Source: a virus (lineage: Duplodnaviria; Caudoviricetes). Taken from it: a stretch of 64,000 bases of DNA. The notes under the pieces were generated by a model. That model was given only the letters and a program-made list of their open reading frames with translations, searched no databases and had not been told where the DNA came from. Positions 16,814-24,063 of the stretch are shown here, piece by piece. Position numbers and translations under genes: made by a program. The stretch is taken from positions 96,001-160,000 of IMG/VR virus record IMGVR_UViG_3300037067_019009, one strand, 5' to 3'. The first letter of the stretch is position 1, and the number at the start of each line of letters is the position of its first letter.

Positions 16814-16906
16814 TCAGCGGGGAAGGACTCGAACCCCCGACCTTGCACATGTTACAGTGCTTTCTCCTTAAATAGGAGTCGCTCTACCAACTGAGCTACC
16901 CGCTGA
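16814..16906 (-). tRNA. tRNA-like RNA with two hairpins in place of the anticodon arm
   Basis: CAGCGGG/CCCGCTG acceptor, TAGCTCAGTTGGTAGAGC D arm, hairpins CTCCT-ATTTA-AGGAG and GCAC-TGTAACAT-GTGC, then AGGTC GGGGG-TTCGAGT-CCTTC T arm. Confidence 0.75.
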
Positions 16907-16936
16907 CGAAACATCAAGTAAGTTATAGGCTTTCCC

Positions 16937-17605
16937 TCAATCCGTGACCTTACACTTTTGGTAAATCCGACGCTGACGCTCTAGGTTTTGCGCAAGATTA
17001 TGCTCTGTAAGACTCGGAATACCAAGAAACTCCCTGACACACTTCCTCTTACAGTCCATACAGTCATGTAGACTCGAAAAGCAGCAGAATTTATCGAAGC
17101 CTCCGGCATATGCGGCAAGCATCGAAGTAAGCATCTCGGCAGCGTCCTCAGGATCAAGAAATTCATATCCTACCGGGAGGCTAATATGCATACGCTGATA
17201 TATAGTCCAGTAATCCTTATTATGTTCCGGATGTGGAATGACATAACTATACCGGAACCAAGGGTCATCGTTTCGCTTATTAACACACTCGGGAATTAAA
17301 GAGATGCATACTTCCGGCATCCAGGAGGATTGTGTAATCACAATGCGCTCAGAATGTGGAACGATATCTATAATATAAAAGAAGCGGTCCTTATCATTAC
17401 CAGCGAATTGAAGTACATACTTCTTACCAGTACTGGCCTGATTAAATTCGCAAACAGCTTCTTTAATAGGAGCAATAAGCTTATCATGCAGAGCTTTCTG
17501 CTGGCTTTGAGCCTCCTCTAATTCCACAACTTTCTGCTTCTCAACACCTTGTATAAAGGACCTGGCCCTGTTTACGATACCAATTACTTCATTCATCTTG
17601 CCCAT
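16937..17605 (-). CDS. hypothetical protein between tRNA-like genes
   Basis: 222-aa ORF, C-terminal Cys cluster. Confidence 0.6.
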   Translation of the reverse strand: MGKMNEVIGIVNRARSFIQGVEKQKVVELEEAQSQQKALHDKLIAPIKEAVCEFNQASTGKKYVLQFAGNDKDRFFYIIDIVPHSERIVITQSSWMPEVCISLIPECVNKRNDDPWFRYSYVIPHPEHNKDYWTIYQRMHISLPVGYEFLDPEDAAEMLTSMLAAYAGGFDKFCCFSSLHDCMDCKRKCVREFLGIPSLTEHNLAQNLERQRRIYQKCKVTD

Positions 17606-17644
17606 GCACTTACCCCACTTGTAGATACGCTCGCAAAAGAAGAT

Positions 17645-17872
17645 TCAGCCGGGTAGGGATTTGAACCCTCGACCTCCCGCACGTAAGTAAGATTACATAG
17701 CTATTAACTTTTTCTCAGGACATGTTGTGCGTTGGCGCCTATGGCACTCAGTACCATGCCGCTTACAAGCAGCATATATTGTCGATACTCGCAAGTTAGT
17801 TATGTTCTCTCTGCTCATGGATGTTAACCCCACATGAACAACAGGCGCTCTGTCCGCTGAGCTACCGGCTGA
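17645..17872 (-). tRNA. tRNA body with 160-nt structured insertion in the anticodon loop (possible intron-containing tRNA-Val(TAC))
   Basis: CAGCCGG/CCGGCTG acceptor, TAGCTCAGCGGACAGAGC D arm, stem CCTGT/GCGGG enclosing 17681-17840, whose 3' end reads CTTACGT; GAGGG-TTCAAAT-CCCT T arm. Confidence 0.75.
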
Positions 17873-17972
17873 TAATTACTACTTAGAAACTGGGGTACTA
17901 TACTCTTTAAAGAACTTATATCTTAGCGGTATAGAGTTTTCACTACACCACATGCAGCCTCTATTCTTACCA

Positions 17973-18227
17973 CTATCTTCTTGTACATCGCCCAATTATG
18001 AAATATAACAATAACATCACTACTATTGCTGGTACCGCTCCAATTATTTGGCCGGGACCATAATAAAAAGGGCCGCTACCACTATCCAATGATCTAGCAG
18101 CTTCCGCATGTTGACGTACCGTACACCCATCTTCAAGTACTACCATAGGATACAGCATAGCACTAAATAACAGACTAACCCCTATAATAATGATAACCAC
18201 AAATGCATGCTCTAGCATTCTATTCAT
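17973..18227 (-). CDS. small 2-TM protein
   Basis: Two hydrophobic helices; start overlaps the upstream stop. Confidence 0.55.
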   Translation of the reverse strand: MNRMLEHAFVVIIIIGVSLLFSAMLYPMVVLEDGCTVRQHAEAARSLDSGSGPFYYGPGQIIGAVPAIVVMLLLYFIIGRCTRR

Positions 18228-18726
18228 TGCATATCCTTACTATTTCCTCAGCAACTTTATCGAAAGCTATCTCTTTCTGTTCCTTCGTTATCATATCGCG
18301 CAGCGTAACGATACCTTTCGCAACTTCATCATCGCCGATGATGAGCACGAACTTGGCTCCGTATTTATCCGCGAGCTTCATCTGCGATTTCAAGCTTCTG
18401 CCGGTAAAATCGGTCTCCGCTGATATATTATTCGCCCACAAATCAAGAAGTAGCGTAACAACAGCCTCTTTAGCACCTTCTCCAACAATCGCAGCATAAA
18501 CACACAACTCCTCATTCGCTAACATCTTAGCACTCGCTGCAAGCTTAGTGCATTCAAGTCCTGCTACCCCGCAGATTATATTTTCCAGATCAGAAGGTTT
18601 CACTTCTCCCTCATAGACATACCTACCAATTATCTCAGCCAATTCTGCCTCTAAGGAATGTCTTACTTCTTTACCTAAGTCGTTATATAACCCAAACTCA
18701 TCAAACAAGGGCTTAAACTCTACCAT
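18220..18726 (-). CDS. protein ending in a HisRS-type (HGTP) anticodon-binding domain; ORF track extends to 18882 but the RBS supports ATG 18726
   Basis: ISAETDFTGRSLKSQMKLADKYGAKFVLIIGDDEVAKGIVTLRDMITKEQKEI is typical of the HisRS C-terminus; no class II catalytic domain; GGAGG before ATG 18726. Confidence 0.8.
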   Translation of the reverse strand: MVEFKPLFDEFGLYNDLGKEVRHSLEAELAEIIGRYVYEGEVKPSDLENIICGVAGLECTKLAASAKMLANEELCVYAAIVGEGAKEAVVTLLLDLWANNISAETDFTGRSLKSQMKLADKYGAKFVLIIGDDEVAKGIVTLRDMITKEQKEIAFDKVAEEIVRICNE

Positions 18727-18802
18727 GGGGCCTCCCACAAGATAGGCTGGTCTAGAGGGTCTATCTAAACCAGCCTCTAACATATAGAAAGCGGATCTTA
18801 GA

Positions 18803-19000
18803 TTAACACAAATACACAGTCCTGGCCGAGACGACCACTTGAACAGTAGTAGTATGCATTCTACTATCTGCTCTTGGGGCAATAGTCATCTGCCGCTGCA
18901 CTGTCGGCGGGGCATTACATGCGAAAGCCACGGCTATTATTATTAGCATAATGGCCAGCAAGACCATCATAGTCGGCTTAAAGAAACTTCTAAACCACAT
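18803..19000 (-). CDS. small membrane or lipoprotein-like peptide
   Basis: Hydrophobic helix ending AFAC; AGGAGG RBS; promoter upstream. Confidence 0.5.
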   Translation of the reverse strand: MWFRSFFKPTMMVLLAIMLIIIAVAFACNAPPTVQRQMTIAPRADSRMHTTTVQVVVSARTVYLC

Positions 19001-19023
19001 TTTAGCACCTCCTACATCTACAT

Positions 19024-19052
19024 ACTATATTATTCAGCCGGTAAAGCGGCAA
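19024..19052 (-). promoter_or_regulatory. sigma70-like promoter
   Basis: TTGCCG-17 bp-TATAGT. Confidence 0.6.
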
Positions 19053-19067
19053 GTATGTTATTATACC

Positions 19068-19310
19068 CTACGATCTGCACATAAACTCCACTATCAATCT
19101 GGTAGAGCCCGCAGTTTCAAATATATCAGATATCTCCACGGAAGAGGCTATAGCACGCAATTTCACACCACCAGTACTACCCCCATCAAATTCCATAGAC
19201 GTTGTTAGTAGCTGTAGAGTCTCACCACTCGATAGTGTTTCTCCGGGCTTCAATACTACATCTATAGCAAATCTCTGTACTACCGCGCCATCTGCTAAAG
19301 TCATCAACAT
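19068..19310 (-). CDS. hypothetical protein
   Basis: ORF in an overlapping gene run. Confidence 0.5.
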   Translation of the reverse strand: MLMTLADGAVVQRFAIDVVLKPGETLSSGETLQLLTTSMEFDGGSTGGVKLRAIASSVEISDIFETAGSTRLIVEFMCRS

Positions 19311-19576
19311 TTGATTTCCTTGCTTTCCTTCTCAACTGCTACTCTACTTTCCTCTTTGATCTTAAACCTTAATGGAAAGTAGCCTTTTTCATCTGGCTTT
19401 GTTCTGCCCACTACGTCTTTTTTATATATAATCTTTGTCCATTCGACATCAACAAATTCTGTAGTTAAAATTAAATAATTGCCCCTCGTCACTACCGCCT
19501 CACTACCTATATCAGCCAATAGCATACCATTTGCATTTATAAGAATAACCTTATCTCCTGCTCTAAACTCAGGCAT
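19304..19576 (-). CDS. small SH3-like phage protein
   Basis: FRAGDKV...G..AVV...VDVEW...YFPLRF pattern. Confidence 0.55.
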   Translation of the reverse strand: MPEFRAGDKVILINANGMLLADIGSEAVVTRGNYLILTTEFVDVEWTKIIYKKDVVGRTKPDEKGYFPLRFKIKEESRVAVEKESKEIKC

Positions 19577-19919
19577 CCTCCCCCGCGTCCTTCCTAATGA
19601 GTTTGGTTAGATGCTCGCTTGTTGCAAAACCGTCGCTGTCATGATTGAACCAATTTGAACGAAGCTCCCGTGCCATACCAACATCTTCATTTTTAACCGC
19701 TCCATTAGATAACACCCAATGAGCATCAATGACTCCATTGCTCTCTAATATCTGAAGTAATGTTATAGGTGTATCCTGTCCATAAACATGATCTTTACCT
19801 AATCTATTTTCAAGCTTTCGGTATCCAGGGAGACAAGCACCGTGTTCTCGCAGTATCCTAAACGTCGTGGTTATCATCGCCGTTCGCCTCCTCGGCCTTC
19901 TCCACGGCTTCCTGCACAT
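19569..19919 (-). CDS. conserved phage hypothetical protein (likely starts at internal MITTTF)
   Basis: LREHGACLPGY...DTPITLLQILESNGVIDAHWVL pattern common in phage proteins. Confidence 0.6.
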   Translation of the reverse strand: MCRKPWRRPRRRTAMITTTFRILREHGACLPGYRKLENRLGKDHVYGQDTPITLLQILESNGVIDAHWVLSNGAVKNEDVGMARELRSNWFNHDSDGFATSEHLTKLIRKDAGEDA

Positions 19920-20259
19920 GTTGGATGAGGCTCTGGTGCTGGTAACTGACCCACTTCTGATCAGCTACTGCTTTAACCAGCGCCTTACTTGCCTCTAGCA
20001 AATCCGACGCGGCTTTATTATTGGTAGTTATGCGCATCTGATTTGACTCATCTGTCTGCGCAGTAAATATCAGTGGTGATTGGACTATGCGGCCCGCCAT
20101 ATCTAGGGCGTTGACATCGTAGCCACCCATATCTTTATCGGCCAAATCGCTGTATATCGCATCGAAGACCTCTTTCCACATCTCCCTGTAGGCTTTTAGC
20201 AACTCTACTGCAATGGGCGATAATTTCTTTCTCATTCCCACTTCCAACATATTAACCAA
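19858..20259 (-). CDS. hypothetical protein
   Basis: ORF in the gene run. Confidence 0.55.
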   Translation of the reverse strand: MVNMLEVGMRKKLSPIAVELLKAYREMWKEVFDAIYSDLADKDMGGYDVNALDMAGRIVQSPLIFTAQTDESNQMRITTNNKAASDLLEASKALVKAVADQKWVSYQHQSLIQHVQEAVEKAEEANGDDNHDV

Positions 20260-20271
20260 TAATCCTTGTTC

Positions 20272-21150
20272 CTAGAAAATCAGGGATCCTTTATCTTCCC
20301 ACCTACTGTATAATCTACCATCCTCACGGATAATTAGGTACCTATAACTATCATCACGAGGGGACATGCAATCACCAATGGCCAGAACTGATATACCATT
20401 TATACTATACCTCATGTTTCCATTCATCTCCTCCTCTAATGGAGAACATCGGTGTTTGATGTCATCAAGTAGATTCCTCCACTGCTTCTCTGTAACTCCA
20501 TTCTTCAGTACCCACTCTCTTTGTGGGCAATCGTAGTCAAGAGCATGAAGGCGTTTGAAAGTGATCTGATCTGCTCCAAGACTAGCTGCTCTGGAAAGAT
20601 AGCCTAAGAAGTCCGAGTATTGATGCAGCGAGAAGTTATCTAGCTGTATCATATTATATGACAAACGAAGTATGAAACCCCACTTCTTAATAAGGTCACA
20701 AATATCCAGTAAAGGAGTAGGTACCCTTTCCGGACGTCCTATAATCTTATCATTTACCACGTCACTCCATGGATCACAGACGGATAGAGAAACAGTAGAT
20801 ACCCCCAGTGCCTTTAGAGCTTTCAGCACACCTCTATTAGAAAATAGAAGACTGCCTGTCGTCTGGATTTCTATCTTATGAAATCCTGCCACCCCTAGAA
20901 GGTCGTGGTACCCCGCCAACCTAAGTAAGAACTTTATATTTTGCAGAGGCTCGCCATTTGCGGTAAGCACCATCGTATCGCAACCATACTCCTTAGCATA
21001 AGCCATTCGGCGTATATACGAAGTACCTTCGTTTCTGGAAGTACTTTCCCAATCGGCTATAGAGTTTCTCCCATTCCCTACCACGCAAAATGGGCAGTGG
21101 TTAACACACTTAGCGGTAGGAACTACGATCTGTAGGGTTTGTCCATGCAT
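20272..21150 (-). CDS. radical SAM protein
   Basis: CVNHCPFC (CxxxCxxC), GEPL, QTTG, VSLS motifs. Confidence 0.85.
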   Translation of the reverse strand: MHGQTLQIVVPTAKCVNHCPFCVVGNGRNSIADWESTSRNEGTSYIRRMAYAKEYGCDTMVLTANGEPLQNIKFLLRLAGYHDLLGVAGFHKIEIQTTGSLLFSNRGVLKALKALGVSTVSLSVCDPWSDVVNDKIIGRPERVPTPLLDICDLIKKWGFILRLSYNMIQLDNFSLHQYSDFLGYLSRAASLGADQITFKRLHALDYDCPQREWVLKNGVTEKQWRNLLDDIKHRCSPLEEEMNGNMRYSINGISVLAIGDCMSPRDDSYRYLIIREDGRLYSRWEDKGSLIF

Positions 21151-21175
21151 ATTTCTTTCCCCTTAACATAAAGGT

Positions 21176-21739
21176 TTACTGCGAGCTTGCAAGGTACTTT
21201 ATACCTTCAATTACAGCAAGAGTAAGCTGGGCCTTATCTTTTGGCACAGCTATATCGGTATTCTCTTCAGGAAACAAGTCCTTTATAAGTAGTTCAGCTA
21301 CCTTTTCGGCCACAAAGTTCATAGTGGGAGGGCTATCTGTATTCCTACAGTCTATGTAATAAGCATATCCAGTCCACCTCTGGAAAATATCCGCACTACC
21401 ATAATCTATAGGGCCAGGCTTTGAAAAGTCTGTAGAAACAGCATATACCCTTTGTGGTTCACCTTTACATTCACTAACCATAAAAGCTACCTTAACTTCA
21501 CCACGCATCCTTATCTGTGCTTGGATATCACCCTTGTGACTCATAATACATAGGAGACCATCTATAAGCAGCTGCTTAAGCAGAAAGTCTCTGTACTTTC
21601 TCATTTTTTTCGTCATAGTAAGTTCCCTCGCGTAATTGCGCATTTCATACAGCTTGAAGCAAAGATGTATTTTCTTCCCGGAATATATCCCTAACCATAT
21701 CTCTCCAATCTGGGCCGAACTTCTCCTCGAGTACCTCAA
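21176..21739 (-). CDS. hypothetical protein (true start probably internal)
   Basis: ORF overlapping the upstream gene. Confidence 0.5.
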   Translation of the reverse strand: MRYSRRSSAQIGEIWLGIYSGKKIHLCFKLYEMRNYARELTMTKKMRKYRDFLLKQLLIDGLLCIMSHKGDIQAQIRMRGEVKVAFMVSECKGEPQRVYAVSTDFSKPGPIDYGSADIFQRWTGYAYYIDCRNTDSPPTMNFVAEKVAELLIKDLFPEENTDIAVPKDKAQLTLAVIEGIKYLASSQ

Positions 21740-22298
21740 TAAAACTGGTGGGCAATACTCGCATATCCTCTATTGAAACCGCCACCACATCCACCCCATG
21801 GAGATGTCTATTAACATTCAACATATCGATTAAAAGCTCTTCTACCTTTATTGGATCGCACCCTCTAGCCCTACGGTACTCTGGATAATCGAGCTGAGGT
21901 ATCCCATCCAGGCACACAGCTTTGAGTTTCTTACCCGGTAATATATCCATGGCAATAGCCTTGGCATGAGTAATACACATCGCGGTAACACAGATTCGCA
22001 CCGAAACTTTGGTAAGGATATCGGTAACTTTCATCTTATAGCGATCATACGGTGGGAAGTGAAATCTGCAGACTTTACCATTAGCCCAACCTGACCTATC
22101 ATGAGGTGACGCTCTAAAGCCTTTTTGTTCCCTAATGGTCTCTGTTTCCTGATAAGGATGTACTTTAGTATCACACACAGCACAAAGGCGACTTAGAGGG
22201 GGCTCGGCAGGGTACTTTAGATCAACCATCCAATGGAACCCACACACATGGCAACCATACATCAGATACTTGCCTGTACTTATATTAGCCATAGACAT
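21645..22298 (-). CDS. Zn-ribbon hypothetical protein
   Basis: CHVC...CAVC. Confidence 0.55.
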   Translation of the reverse strand: MSMANISTGKYLMYGCHVCGFHWMVDLKYPAEPPLSRLCAVCDTKVHPYQETETIREQKGFRASPHDRSGWANGKVCRFHFPPYDRYKMKVTDILTKVSVRICVTAMCITHAKAIAMDILPGKKLKAVCLDGIPQLDYPEYRRARGCDPIKVEELLIDMLNVNRHLHGVDVVAVSIEDMRVLPTSFIEVLEEKFGPDWRDMVRDIFREENTSLLQAV

Positions 22299-22314
22299 AG
22301 TAATATACCTTAGA

Positions 22315-22581
22315 TTACTCCTCCATATACTTAGAGCTTAGCCGCGATCCCTCTATCTCAGATTCAAGCTCCACAATCCGTATACGAGCGGCTGCAAGTT
22401 CTTTGCCCTGCTCGTAATACCACTTCTCTAAGTCATCCCAACTAACTTGGCCACAATGCAGCCTCCTTTGAAACTGCTCGAATGTCTCTTCTTCAGCCAT
22501 CTCTTTTCCCCGATCCCATTTATTAGGTGTATTATGTCTCCAGCCCGATATGGGAAGCGTAATACTCACCAGCCATCCCAC
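22315..22581 (-). CDS. small hypothetical protein (likely start MAEEE)
   Basis: Coiled-coil C-terminus. Confidence 0.45.
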   Translation of the reverse strand: MGWLVSITLPISGWRHNTPNKWDRGKEMAEEETFEQFQRRLHCGQVSWDDLEKWYYEQGKELAAARIRIVELESEIEGSRLSSKYMEE

Positions 22582-22610
22582 CTAGGGAGGCAACCGTGTT
22601 AAGAGCGGTT

Positions 22611-23027
22611 TCAACACTGATAAGAGACTGTAATTAAGTATTCACTTTCTGTAATAAGACCACGGTTGCAAAGATCCCTCATAAGAATGAAGGTCATATG
22701 TGTGACAAGTTCACCATTAAGGAACTTGACAAATTTAGCAAGTTCCTCCTCATCATAATCATCTACCTTACAACATTCAGCGTGGAATTTATAATATTCA
22801 TCATTGCGCAAGTCTTCATCAGCGACTATATTATAGTTACTTAGACCATAAACTTCCTTGATAAAATCATTCCAGTCGGCATAATCGATTACTCGGAACG
22901 TTCTATTTGTATATTTTAGCTTTGGCATTCGTTCTCCTCCACTGAACCAGATGATCACTATATGATTACCGGTAAAAAGCCAAGTGCCAAAAGCCTCCCG
23001 AAAATCAATAGTTGCTATACTACTCAA
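22611..23027 (-). CDS. hypothetical protein (likely start MPKLKY)
   Basis: GGAGGAG RBS before an internal ATG. Confidence 0.55.
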   Translation of the reverse strand: MSSIATIDFREAFGTWLFTGNHIVIIWFSGGERMPKLKYTNRTFRVIDYADWNDFIKEVYGLSNYNIVADEDLRNDEYYKFHAECCKVDDYDEEELAKFVKFLNGELVTHMTFILMRDLCNRGLITESEYLITVSYQC

Positions 23028-23045
23028 TCTCAGATGCTGGGAAAA

Positions 23046-23297
23046 TTATGGGTCTACTCGCTCGCAGTCTTGTCTTGTTCCACAATCCCTACAATGAAAT
23101 ACTACCACCCCACCACTGGGACTAACCTCTATCGTAGCATTTAACGAGCTACATATGCGGCATACCACATCTTGAGACACCACATCTGAAACATTATCCA
23201 GGTGTAACTGATAGTTCTCGGAATAATAGCTCGTACCCTTCATCAGAGCCCGGGCGTTCTCTTTTAGTCCTGTCACAATCGCCTCAGAAATATCCAT
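23046..23297 (-). CDS. small Zn-ribbon protein
   Basis: CRIC...CRDC. Confidence 0.55.
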   Translation of the reverse strand: MDISEAIVTGLKENARALMKGTSYYSENYQLHLDNVSDVVSQDVVCRICSSLNATIEVSPSGGVVVFHCRDCGTRQDCERVDP

Positions 23298-23402
23298 TAC
23301 ACTTCCTCATTAATAGGAGGTTGGCCAAGCCTTACATAGCCCAGCCAACCTCTGTGCGGGATAACCGCACTATCACACCTAGCGAGGGTGGTGATATCTT
23401 GC

Positions 23403-23678
23403 TTATGAATCTTTAATATCGAAGTCCCAGTGACCTTCGATATCTCTAACTCTCAGTTTTCCACATATAGAGCATCTTTCATATATTCTTGTCATTTCCA
23501 TCTCTATTCCCAGCAGGTTTTCCCCAACACCATGGTAGTACTTAAGTACCTTATACTTGTGCCCTATGTTCATGAAACACACTTCGGCACTTCCTTTCTT
23601 TGAGTAACGAGGAGCCAACATGTACAAAAAAGGGGCATGGTTCCAGCCCCTCACCAACATAGGCCGGAACCATACCAC
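23403..23678 (-). CDS. small Zn-finger protein (true start probably MNIGHK)
   Basis: GH...CSICG; the 5' part of the ORF-track call overlaps a hairpin and promoter. Confidence 0.45.
   Translation of the reverse strand: MVWFRPMLVRGWNHAPFLYMLAPRYSKKGSAEVCFMNIGHKYKVLKYYHGVGENLLGIEMEMTRIYERCSICGKLRVRDIEGHWDFDIKDS
23626..23678 (-). terminator. strong hairpin plus U-tract just downstream of a promoter (small RNA or attenuator)
   Basis: GGTATGGTTCCGGCC..GGCTGGAACCATGCC followed by CCTTTTTT. Confidence 0.6.
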
Positions 23679-23683
23679 AAGTA

Positions 23684-23712
23684 ACTATATATTATATACC
23701 GCTTAGGCGCAA
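23684..23712 (-). promoter_or_regulatory. sigma70-like promoter
   Basis: TTGCGC-17 bp-TATAGT. Confidence 0.6.
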
Positions 23713-23717
23713 GCTGC

Positions 23718-24047
23718 CTAGCTTAACCCTAATCGCCTTATCACCAAAGTTACCACTTCTTCTTGTTGGGCCTCAAGAACCTTGTTTCTTGTAGACTCAT
23801 CAAGATCTTTTACTGTATCATATATCAGCGCAGCCTTCTTATCAACCTCATGAGAATGAATCTCATTACCCACCACTGAGACCGCGCTTTTAACATGGCC
23901 CAACGCTGAGGAGACAAACTCCTTAGTCTTTCCCTTAGCATCCCTCACTGCTTCAGGTAAGTCTATCTCCCTGGAAGTCTTTATCGCTTCGACACCATAC
24001 TTTGCCGCAGCAGCAAGCAGGGCTGTTCCCAGTAGAAAACTGAGCAT
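23718..24047 (-). CDS. hypothetical protein following the RNAP genes
   Basis: ORF with AAGGA RBS, hydrophobic N-terminus. Confidence 0.55.
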   Translation of the reverse strand: MLSFLLGTALLAAAAKYGVEAIKTSREIDLPEAVRDAKGKTKEFVSSALGHVKSAVSVVGNEIHSHEVDKKAALIYDTVKDLDESTRNKVLEAQQEEVVTLVIRRLGLS

Positions 24048-24063
24048 CTGTATTTCCTTTCTA

